Under the pieces are notes generated by a model that worked only from the letters and a program-made list of their open reading frames with translations, had not been told where the DNA came from and searched no databases. Shown one piece after another: positions 9,606-20,700 of a stretch of DNA of 64,000 bases. This DNA is from a virus (Duplodnaviria; Caudoviricetes). The first letter of the stretch is position 1; each line of letters begins with the position of its first letter. The position numbers were made by a program, and so were the translations under genes. The stretch covers positions 11,029 to 75,028 of IMG/VR virus record IMGVR_UViG_2706795432_000001. One strand, 5' to 3'.

Positions 9606-11663
9606 ATGGCCAACAGTGATCCTCGACTCCAGTGGCGACAGCTTCAAGTCTCTTCGCCAAATGTCTCTGGCCTCATGGCTCAAGTCCGAGGTGGTATCAA
9701 TGATGCTGCTTCGGCTGCTGAAGGCATTCTCGGTCGATACCAAGAAGGTGCAGAACTGAAAGCAGAAAATGAACTCATCCGTCGTATTGGTGGGATGGAT
9801 CAGGATCAGCTTCGGACTGCATTCAACAGTGGTGCGTTTGATGACCTCAATCTTGGTGAGAACGGTCTTCGTACTTTGAATGAAGCAATGGGAGCACGGG
9901 CTGATATCCGTTCTACCAATGTGAACTCTGACCGTACTCAAGCCTCGATTGGCTGGGGGAATGATGCAAACTCTCGTGCCAATGCTGCTGAAGGTCGAAG
10001 TGCAACTCGCTTTGGCTGGGAAACGGATGAATACAACCGGGGTCAGGCTCAACAAGACTGGCTGGAAAACAATGCTGGTGCCTTCTTTGATGCAGAACGT
10101 GGTGCATTGACTGGTGGTACTGCATTCTCTGCTCACATTGACCGTACTGAAAGTGGTGGTGCTTCTGATCAGTATGACACTCTGTACGGTCATCGTAACC
10201 GTAACAATGGTGTACGTGTGTCGCAGATGACATTGGGTGAGGCTGGTCGCTTTGCATCTCCTGATGGACAATATGGCCAGTCTGTGAATGCTGAAATCGG
10301 TCGTGTGGCCACTCCAATGGGTAAGTTTCAGATCGTTGGTTCAACTCTTCGTGGTCTTCAGCGTGATCTGGACCTGCCTGATGATGTACCATTCTCTGCT
10401 CCTGTTCAGGAACAACTTGGTCTTTATCTGGCTCAACAGCGTGTAATGGGTCCACGGTCTCGTGAATCCATGCGTGCTGGTCTTCGGTCTGAATGGGAAG
10501 GCTTCAAGAATGTCTCTGATGCTGAACTGGATGTCATGATTGATGAGATCCGTTCGATGCCTTTGGTCAATCGGGAAAGCATTCTGGCTGCCGCTGCTGG
10601 TGGTCCTCCTGCAACTCCGGGACAACCTGCTGCTCAACCATTTGAACGTCCTCGTAATCAGTCTATCCAAACTGGTTTTGGAGGTGATGCTTTCACTGCT
10701 GCAATGGCTGCTTCTGGTCAATTCACCCCTCAAGAGATCTTGGGTCAGGTGAACCCTCTCCGTGAAGCTGGTCAACGTGGTGATGAACTCATTCGTCAGG
10801 AAGATGCTGCTGCAACTGCTGACCTCGTTACCGGGATCACTCAGAATGTTGTCAGTTCCGATGGTTTCACTCCGGGTGATGCTGCTGGTGCTCAGACTGC
10901 AATCCAAGAACAACTGCTCCAGACTGGGGAATACTCCACGTCGGAAGCTGCTGACCTTGCTGCTGCTGCAATTGCCAACATCGAAGCTGACTCTGCTCTG
11001 AATGCTGAATTCAACCGTGGTCGTTCTACGGAAGCACAAAATGCTGTGATCAATGAAGCTCTGGGTAATGCCATGAAACAGGCAAACCGTGGTCTTCAAG
11101 GTACTGATCAATATCGTGCTCTGTCTGATATCCCCCGGTATGAAGAGAACCCGGCTGGAAGTCTGGAAGCAGATCTTGGTATCGCGGATGATCCTCAGAC
11201 TCCTTCGAACTATCGTTCGGAAGATCTTCGTCGGATGGTTAATGATTTGGCTGCCCACTACAAAGTACCACCTGCTGTTATGGCTGTGGCAATGCGTGAT
11301 GCGTACAATCCGGATCCGGGCTTCATCAACGGTGAAGATACTTGGCATGGTTTGGGATGGGATCTTACCCGGAACAGCCTTGAAAATCGGTTTGATCGTG
11401 CTGCTGTGGAAGCTGCTGTTGCCCAGCTTACTCCAGAACGTCAGGCTGAATTCGACCGTGCTCAGTCGGAACTGACGATCAATGAAACCCGTCTCCAACA
11501 GAACGCAAGCCAACAGCGTCAGATCATTGGTCAGATGAATCGTTTCGAAGCGTCTGGGAATACTGATGATCCTCGTTATCAGACTCTTCGTGAACGTCTG
11601 GATCGACTGATCCAAGATGCTGCTACGATCTCCCGTGCTGATGGAAACCTCGACGGACGTTGA
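9606..11663 (+). CDS. N4 gp51-like ejection protein with central lysozyme-like domain
   Basis: Directly upstream of vRNAP; central TESGG..QYDTLYG..MT..GKFQIVGSTL..FS..VQEQL segment. Confidence 0.65.
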   Translation: MANSDPRLQWRQLQVSSPNVSGLMAQVRGGINDAASAAEGILGRYQEGAELKAENELIRRIGGMDQDQLRTAFNSGAFDDLNLGENGLRTLNEAMGARADIRSTNVNSDRTQASIGWGNDANSRANAAEGRSATRFGWETDEYNRGQAQQDWLENNAGAFFDAERGALTGGTAFSAHIDRTESGGASDQYDTLYGHRNRNNGVRVSQMTLGEAGRFASPDGQYGQSVNAEIGRVATPMGKFQIVGSTLRGLQRDLDLPDDVPFSAPVQEQLGLYLAQQRVMGPRSRESMRAGLRSEWEGFKNVSDAELDVMIDEIRSMPLVNRESILAAAAGGPPATPGQPAAQPFERPRNQSIQTGFGGDAFTAAMAASGQFTPQEILGQVNPLREAGQRGDELIRQEDAAATADLVTGITQNVVSSDGFTPGDAAGAQTAIQEQLLQTGEYSTSEAADLAAAAIANIEADSALNAEFNRGRSTEAQNAVINEALGNAMKQANRGLQGTDQYRALSDIPRYEENPAGSLEADLGIADDPQTPSNYRSEDLRRMVNDLAAHYKVPPAVMAVAMRDAYNPDPGFINGEDTWHGLGWDLTRNSLENRFDRAAVEAAVAQLTPERQAEFDRAQSELTINETRLQQNASQQRQIIGQMNRFEASGNTDDPRYQTLRERLDRLIQDAATISRADGNLDGR

Positions 11664-11676
11664 CCCGAACATGAGA

Positions 11677-11727
11677 ATGTGACACTTAGAGCAGGAACCA
11701 CACAAATCCTGCTCTAAGGTGTCATAT
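11677..11727 (+). promoter_or_regulatory. Long hairpin occluding the vRNAP ribosome-binding site
   Basis: ATGTGACAC-TTAGAGCAGGA / TCCTGCTCTAA-G-GTGTCATAT, about 20 bp; AAGGTG (11716-11721) lies in the stem; ATG at 11729. Confidence 0.65.
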
Positions 11728-11728
11728 C

Positions 11729-14700
11729 ATGTCTGAACGCGACGAAATTCTTGCAGCCGAATTGATTGCTCAACGTCTTCGGGATCCCAAATTCCAAGAA
11801 GAAGTCGCAGTCTCTCGTAACCGGGATACCGGAAACGAAGATGAACTCATTCAGGATATGCGAAACCTCAATGACTTGGAGATTCGTGCCAAGTACGGGG
11901 ATGAAGGTTATCTCGCTTCCATGGGTCAGTATTACACCTCGAATGAGGTGGATCAGATCAATGATCGTGAACGTACTACCCGTGAGAAATGGAGCGATAT
12001 TGCCACCAGTGCTGTGATGGCTCCCATTCGTTCAGGTGGAAACCTGTCTGGTATTGGTGCTGGTTTCTTGGTTGAGAAAATGACCGATGGTCAGATCTCC
12101 CGTGAACAAGCCACTGCTGACATTCTTTCGGCTCACAATACGGCTGTTGAGAATGTTCTTCAGGAAAACCTTTCTGAAACCATTCAAGATCGTCAGCGTC
12201 TGTTCCAGATCGAAGGTAAACTGGATTCCTTCGACAACTATGTGGAATACGAACGTGATCTGGCTGAAGGTGCAAACCCAACACTGGCTGAATGGCGTAT
12301 GGAAGGGAAGAACTTCATCGACTCTGCCAGCCGTGCTCTGAACAGCGGTGATGTCACTGCACAACTCATTGCTGAAGGTGTGGGTGATATGGCCCTGTCT
12401 GCACCTCTTGGTGGTGCTGCTGGTTTGGTTGTCAAAGGTCTTGGCCGTACTGCACTGGCAAGTGCTCTGACCACTCGTGTTGGTCGTGTCATGGGTCGTG
12501 TGGGTAAGGCTGGAGCCTATGCCTCTGGTGAAGTCGCTCTGGAAGTCTCTGGTGTGTATGCTGAGACTGTCCAAGATGTGATGGCAATGGAGAACTCCAC
12601 ACTTCTGGAAACCTCTTCGATCTATCGGGGACTGATCCAAGAAGGTCATTCGCCTTCTGAAGCCAAAGCCATTCTTGCAGGTATGACTGCTGAGACTGCT
12701 GCTATTCGTCAGGCTCCTGCATCTGTTGCCCTTGGTTTCCTCACCTCCAAGTTTGAAGCGATGCCAATTGGTTCGTTCCGTAACTCTGGTATTGCTGGTG
12801 GTCTTCTCACCATGGCTGGTGAAGGTATCGAAGAAGCAGGTCAGGGGATCTCTGGTAAGATCAACCAAAACATCGCTGTGGAAGAGTTTGCCAATATTGG
12901 TCGTCGTACTCTCGAAGGTGCAGGTGAAGAAGCTGCTCTGGGTGCAATTGCTGGTATCGGTACTGCTGGTGTCTTTGCGACTCCCAGTGCTCCTCGGAAT
13001 GTCCTGAGTGATGCTGGCAAAGCTCGTGATGCACTTCTGGACTTTGCTCTGGATGGAGCCACCGAATACAATGATCCTCTTCGTCAGAACATCATGGGTC
13101 GAGATAGTCGAGCACAGGAAGCTGCACGGGCTGCTACGGCTCTTGCTGTAGACTTCGGGACCAATGTGGGTCGTGGTGCTGCTGCCTTTGCAGGAGACGC
13201 TCTGAAGGCTGGTGAGGCCATTGGTTTGGATAAGGCTGCTCGTGCAACTGTTGATGCTGCTCGTGGGGCTACCCAGACGGCTGTGAACACCACTGCTGAA
13301 GCTGTGAACCGTGTGAATACTCGTGACGAACGTGCTCAGACTTCCAAGGAAGTGGAAGAAGCTGTGGCTGCTGCTCGTACTGTGGATGAGGAAATCCAAG
13401 CTGGTCAGGTGACTCCTGAAGTTGCTCAGAGTGTTAGCAATGAAGGCACTGCTCCTACTCCGAACCTGAGTGATACCGTTGGTTCGAACAAGATCGAGAC
13501 TGTGGCCAATATCATGGCCAAGGTTGGATCTCGTGCATTCAAACCAACTGTGGAAGACAAAGCCTTTGCTGCTGCTCAGATCAAATCTCTGGCTGGGGTT
13601 ATGAACTCTCTGCCTGCTAAGGCACGTCGTCAGGTAGCCAAACTGGTTACGTCGAAAGCTGCTCAGAACGTGGTCAAAGAAGCTGGTGAGATTGATCTCA
13701 ATAAGGAAGAGGTTTCGCCGGAAGCTGAAGTTTCCACAACCGTCAACGTGGCGAAGAGTAATCCGGCTAACGTGAATCCTGAGAAAACCAAGAAGATCTT
13801 GGAAGAGTCGGGTGAGATTATCTCCCCGGAGGATGCAAAGTATCTTCGCGTTGCTTCGAAAGTTGCTGGTACTATCAACAACTTGGTTGGGAATCTGGTG
13901 TCCATCCGTGAGACGGAGAACATTGGTCTCAAAGCGGACGATCAGGCCGAGAAGGAGAAGATCGACCCGACCGCCCGCAGCATCTATGTCGATGGCTATG
14001 TCAACGACAAGGGTGAGAAACTCCGGTCTATCAACGACTTTGCCTCGGACATTATCCAAGGTGCTCAGTCGCCAGACGGGACGATCATCAACCAGAAAAG
14101 AGAAGTGGTTCCTGTACGGTCTGTGGCTGAATCGTTCAACAAGATGGTTCAGCACATGAACAACCGTATTGGTGCATTAAACCAATCGTTTGATAGCAAT
14201 ACCCGTAACTCTCGGGGTAAACTGACTGCTGGCAAAGGGTTCCCCTTCCAAGGTCTTCGGAATGGTGAGACGTTTGTCGAACTGACAAGCCCTCTCTATC
14301 ACCGTGACAATCCTGCATCCGTGGCTCTGGCCAAACGGATTGCTGCTGAACGTGATGCCACTGTGGAGATCTATGAAGCTCTGCAAGCAGAGTTTCCTGA
14401 GATCTTTGATGGTTTGGTTCTTCCTGATCTGATCGAACTGAAAACAGAAGAAAACCAAACCCAACAACCAACGGGTATCGAGGAGTCTTCGACGCCCGAA
14501 GGCGGCGAAGTGACGAGCACCGAAACACAAACACAAGAAGAGAACGACAACCCAACGGCTGTCGAAGAGGAGACAAATTCTGAGGAAGGAGCAGACGAGA
14601 CCGGAGCGACCGCGACGGACGAGACTGTGACGACCGAAGAAATTGACTCCGATGAGCAAGCTCTCAATGAAGAAGAGATGTCTGATGAAGAGATCCGTGA

Positions 14701-17700
14701 TCTCATGGATACTCCTTCCAGTTGGGCTGAAGCTGATCGTGTACGGATCCAAGAACGTCAGAATCGTCTGGCTGGTGCTGCACGTCAGTATGTCTCTGAA
14801 ATGATGGGAGATTCTCTGAAGAAACGAATCCGTCAGCTTCGTATTTATCCTGAATCTTTGGGTCTTGGTCCGGGATATGCTCATGTCTCTGAGGATGGAA
14901 CCAAGAAGAAGATCTACCTGTCGGAAGCCATGTTCGATGAGAATGATCAACTGACTGCTGAAGGACGTGCTGTTCTTCTACATGAAGCTGCTCACATCGT
15001 AGACTTCACCAACAGTCCGAACTTGATCTCCCAGTCGAATTACTTCAACAAGACTGGGAAGATCATGAAAGAGTGGAATGCTCTGAACCCTGACTCCGAT
15101 TGGGCCAAGGGTCGTATGGAGTATGCCAACAGCTTCCGTGGTAGCGATGACAAACAACATCGTGCTGAAGTCTTTGCTGTTCTGACGGAATTCTACTATT
15201 CCAAGAATGAGTCGCTTCTTGCTGACTCCCCTGAAATCGTAGCCGAAATGGAGACCATCTATGGCACGAAAACCCAAGCAACTGGAACTTCCACTGACAG
15301 CACCACTTCCGAAGGGACAAGCTCCGAAACCGGAGGAACAACCGATACCACTGAAGGATCGACCTTTGACGCAGGACTCCGCCCCAACAGCGAATTCCTG
15401 AATGAAGTCTATCCTCGTGATGAGAATACGGATGCTCCGGCTGATCTAAATGAGGTGGCCCAAGTCATTGAAAACAATGGTGGTATCAATACCGTCACTG
15501 TGAACAAGATCGTCGAACTGGCTCCGAAACTGACGAACTTCATCAACAAGCGTCTTCGTCAGCGTAAGACCCAGATCGACGGTAAGACTCGTTCGATCCA
15601 CAAACATATCTTGGAAAATCCCCAAGGTCTGATGGCAGTCATGCAGTACAAATTCACTGCACTGGCTGATCCTGAGACTGGGGAGATGAACCAGAACATG
15701 ATGGAACTGGCCACTGTTGCGATGGTGGACTGGCTGACTGCTGCTTCCCAGTCGGATCCGAACCGTTTTAAGGATACTCTTGAGAAACAGGGTCTGTCGT
15801 TTGCTGATCTGAAGAGCGATGAACAGGCTCGGGATATGGCAATTGGTATTCCCCCGTCGTCTCTGAAACCTCAATTGGCTCGTGCCATTCTCGATATGTG
15901 GGGTGTGAAGCCCAACAAGAAATCCGCCATGGTGGACTACTATGGGATTGCTGAAGGTCTGGCTGCTGAGATGCTGCTGGGTCTGGAGGCTGAAGGATAT
16001 CTTGAGGTTAAGCGTATCGAACTGGCCAAGGTCATGTCTTCTGATGCAGAAACTGGGGACAAAGAGGTTCAGCATGTGAAGACTGACTCGATCATTCTCA
16101 ATCTGGAGAAGGTTCGGGAATTCCAGAATGAGGTTCGCTCCAACCGTCAGGATGGGGTTGCCAACACTGTGAAGGAATACTTCCTTGGGAAATCCCGTGA
16201 GATGTATTCCATCGGTGAGAAGATCCCGTTCAAAAAACGTGGTCGTCTGAGTGCTCGTGAGAACAAAGCTATTCGGACGATGCAGGATACTCCTCACTTC
16301 TACAACGAAGAACTCGGAAACCTCATGCTGGAGATCGGAGACGAAAACCTCATGCGTATCCTTGGTTTCGTCGAAGGTGTGAATGAAGAGACTGTTCCGA
16401 ATGCAACTCTGCGTCGTTCGATCCTTGGTAAGAACCTGTCGATTGAGAACAATCTTGCAGATGCAGGTATTCTGACCAGCCAAATCTCTCGTCAGGATCC
16501 GGTGTATTACCCGGTGGATGTGACTTCTGTGGGTCGTCACCAGTATCAAGGTGTGAACCCTCAGTCGAACAAATTCCTTCGTGCTCTGGTTACTCCAACT
16601 TGGACTACTGTGGATCTGGCAACTCAGGAAGATGCAGTATGGCTGGGTGTTGCTCAGGCTGCTGATCTGCACAAGATCGAGAAGAAGAACCACCAGAAGA
16701 TCCTGTCCACTGTACGGGATGACTTCGAGGCTCGGTATGGCGAAGCCAAGAACCAAGTCCTTGAAATGCTTCGTGGAAATGAATTTGACTCGGATACCTT
16801 CACTGCTTCTGCTCTTGGTTCAGAGACTGAGATTGAGCCTCAAGTTTTGGCAGCCATCTTCACTGTGGCAAAAATGCAACATGCCAAGGAGTCTGGACAA
16901 ACCAGCTTCGAATCCAGCCTGTCGGTTGAACTCGACGGTCTGACCAATGGTGCTGCAAACATGATGGTGAACTTTGCTCAGGGTCTTATGGAAGCCTCTG
17001 AGTGGGAGAACTTCAAGAAGATCGGCTTCTACATCGGGAAGGTTGGTCAGACGATCAACAACTACTTCGAGAAAGAAGGCAATCTCGATATGTACGAGAC
17101 TGTGGCACGTCTTGCTCAGGAGAAGATGGTTCGTGCCATGACCAAAGGAAAGATGCAGCGTGAGGCTGTTGCTGCTCATCGTTTTGCATCTCACTTCGGA
17201 GATCTGAAGAAGAACGAGAAAACCGGACAATTCGAAATGTCCCGTAACTCTGCCAAGAACCCCATGACTAAGGTGAACTATGGTTCTGGTGTTCTGGGTG
17301 TGGGTACTGGGATTGCAGATGATCTGATGATGGCATTTTTTGAAGCTCTTCATCAGAATGAACTGTCTGACATCGAATATGAAGGTGATCTGCGTGCTGA
17401 TCTGGAAGTGCTGGGTGTTCGTCTGCCAGAGAACCCTGCTGCAAGCTGGGAACCGACTGTGGCTGAGATGAAGGCATTCCGGTTCAATGTGGCACAGACT
17501 ATTGGTCAGGCTCTTACTGAGGCTGCCAAGGAAACTTTGGGCAACCGGATTACTGAAGTGAATGATCTCTTGGTTTTCTCGACCAATGTTCAGGCTGCCT
17601 ATCTCAATGAGATGTTTGAACAGAAGATGCTGGAATTGGGAGAACGACTGGCCAAAGAAGGTACGATCCGTCGTAACCCCAAAACCAACAAGCCTGTGAT

Positions 17701-20700
17701 GCGTGACATCCCGGTAGAAGAGTATGATCGTGTCGTGGCTGAACTGGAGTCCATGGCTCCTATCTTCACGTCTGATGAACAGACTCTGGAATTGGGTGGT
17801 TTCAAGGTGAAGATTGCAGATGACTGGCCTGTTCTGTCTGCTGCAATGGATGATCGACTGAACCAGAAACCTATGCTGAAACAACCTGATGACGTGGGTG
17901 TGAAGGCAATTCCGTTCACTGTCATTGGTACTGGTGATGCCATGATGATGAACCTGATCTTCGGTTCTGATGGTGCTCCGATGGATGTGCTGGGTGTGTT
18001 CGATGGTCTGGATGTGCCTGTGACAAAATTGCAACAGTATGCTCCGATGGTAAACCAGAGAGTCATGGAGACATGGGATCGTGATGTTCTGGCTATGGCT
18101 GTAGAGAACTTCCGTGGTTTCCTGAACAATGATCTTGACCAAGAAGCTCTGAAGCGTGCCTTTGCAACTGCCAAGGACAAGTCCAAGAAATCGACTGTCA
18201 CTGCGACCAGTAATGAAGAACTCATCCAGCAACTGGATATCCGTCTTCAGAACAACCGTGCCTTCAAAGCAATGTTGAAGAAGGTTCCGGTCTCTGTCGA
18301 TCAGATGGGTGGTTCCAACATTGGTTTCTCTCGTGGTGAGGGAAGTCTTGGTCTGAATGCTCTGAACGATATTGTACGTCGTGAACTGGAAGGAAAACCT
18401 GTTCAGACTGTGGAAGAAATCGACGAAGTGGATGTGAAAAACCCAGTCGAAGAAACCACTGTATCTGCTGTCATTCAGGGGATCCGTTGGAGTGAACAAC
18501 AGAAGAAGGTCATGGACATCATTCGTCCTGCTTTGGGTGATACTCGTGTTGTCTTCGGAACCATTGACCAACTGAACGTCTGGCGTCGTGAGAACGTCCC
18601 TGATGATGGTCTCGTGATGACTGCACCTGCTCAGTATGATCCAGTGAATGAGATCCTGTTCATGAGCAATGCTCGTCCTGAGACTATCCTTCATGAACTG
18701 GTTCATGCTGGGACATTCCAGAAGGTTCTGGACCATTACAATGGTCAAACCAATGAGGCTGTAACTCGTCTGGAAGATCTCATGGATGACTTCATGAACA
18801 TTAAGGATGGTGGTCAAAAGGTACGTGAGGCACAGGCTACGATTGCTCGTTACCGTCAGTCTACGGATCCGTTTACCAAAGCTGCTGCTGTGAATGAACT
18901 CATGGCATATGTTTTGGCCAATGCTGCTGTTCGGAAAAAGGCTCAGACAACGCAAGCCCAATCGCTTGCATCTATAGGAAGCAAGGTTATTCGCTTGATG
19001 CGTCGTCTGCTGGGTGGTGCTCCTGAGTCCATCTATGATGGTGTGGCGTTCAACACTCAGATGCTGATTGGTACTCCGATTGATGATTCCACTGGTGACG
19101 GTGGTAATGGTGATGGTGGTGGAGATAACGCAGGTGGTGAAATGACACCTCCAGCCAACAACTACACCAATTACTGGATCCGTCTGCTGGGGAACTACCT
19201 GAATGAGAATACTGATACTGTCACTCGTAATGTACGTCGTGATGAACAAGTCCGTGCTCGTGCATCAGTGAATCAGATTGTGGACTCTTTCCGTCAGGTG
19301 GGGATGCTTCAGAATCAAGAAGCCCGGATGACGTTCAAAGCCATCTACGGGGTAATCAATGCTGACATCCAGCTTCGGTCTCAGCCTTTGATCTCGATGA
19401 ACAAGATGTTTGATCACATCATCGAGAACATGACTCCGGAGATGTTTGGAGATGGTCAGGAAGCTGCACAGGAATACTCTGCTGTGCTCAATGCTTTCGG
19501 GAAAGACAATGACCAGATCAACTCGATCTCGGTTCTGTTGGCTCTGTCTCAGACTTCTTCCAAATTCCGTCAGGTGCTGGATCAAATCCCAGAACCGGAA
19601 ACTGGTGCAACTGGAACTCGTCTTCAGGATACCCTGACTGCTGTGGCTACCAAAACCATGGATACGATTACTGCTCGTGTACATGAGAATGGTGACGCCA
19701 AACAGGTGATGGATATGCTGGCTGCCACGATCATTGAACATGATCAGGATCGTGAATGGTTCATGCTTCAGAAAGTCACCAGTTCGCTGGATGCTGCTGA
19801 CAAGTATGTTGGTGGTCGGATGCAGGCTCTGGCTGAATTCATGCGTCGTACTGATCGTGAGACCCGTGAGAACAGCCGTTCGAAAGTGAAGAAATTCCTC
19901 ATTGGTTCTGTGACCATTGGGACCAATTACCTCGACAAGACTGGCTCTGATCTGAACAACCAAGGTCTGAAGAATCAATTCCACATGGGTATCCCGGTAC
20001 TCTCGATTGTTCCTGTCCGGGAATTGATCTCTGAAATTGTGGGTACGGATCGGTTCAATCAGAAAGTGGTGGCTCTTCAGGACAAGGTGAACCATGCCAT
20101 CTCTGGTATGCGTCAGGCTTATCGTGAAGATCTGCCGGGTATTCTGGCAAACCTGTTCCAAGAGAAACCTACCAAAACTCAGTGGAAAGCGATGTATAAC
20201 GTCATCGCTCAGACTGACTTTGTGTCGGTAATCGACCCGAACAACATTGCTCAGGGTATGCAGCTTCTGGCTGATCCTGCTGTTCGTTCTGCTCGTATCC
20301 GTCAACTGGAGACTGAACTGGATCGGAAACTGGTTCCGTATGTGTCTCAGGATGCCAAGGACAAAGCCGAACAACTGGCCAACTACATGACTGGTGGTGG
20401 TGTTGGAACTCTGCTGGTGCGAAATGCCTATGCAATCGCCAAGAACCTTGACGGTGAGTATGATGCTTCCTTGGTTCCGGTCTTGGATGAACTGATCTCG
20501 ATCTATGCCATCGACATGATGGATGCTGATCAACGTCAGGAAGTGCTGGATCTCTATGCTTCGGATCAAGAAGCCATGGAGCAGATCATCACGTATCTTC
20601 AGGGTCTGAATGAGGAAGAAGAGAACAAGCCAAACATCTCTGAGATGGCTCGTCTGAATGCGTATAAAGGCTTCATCCCGAATGAAGGAGCCAAGGATAC

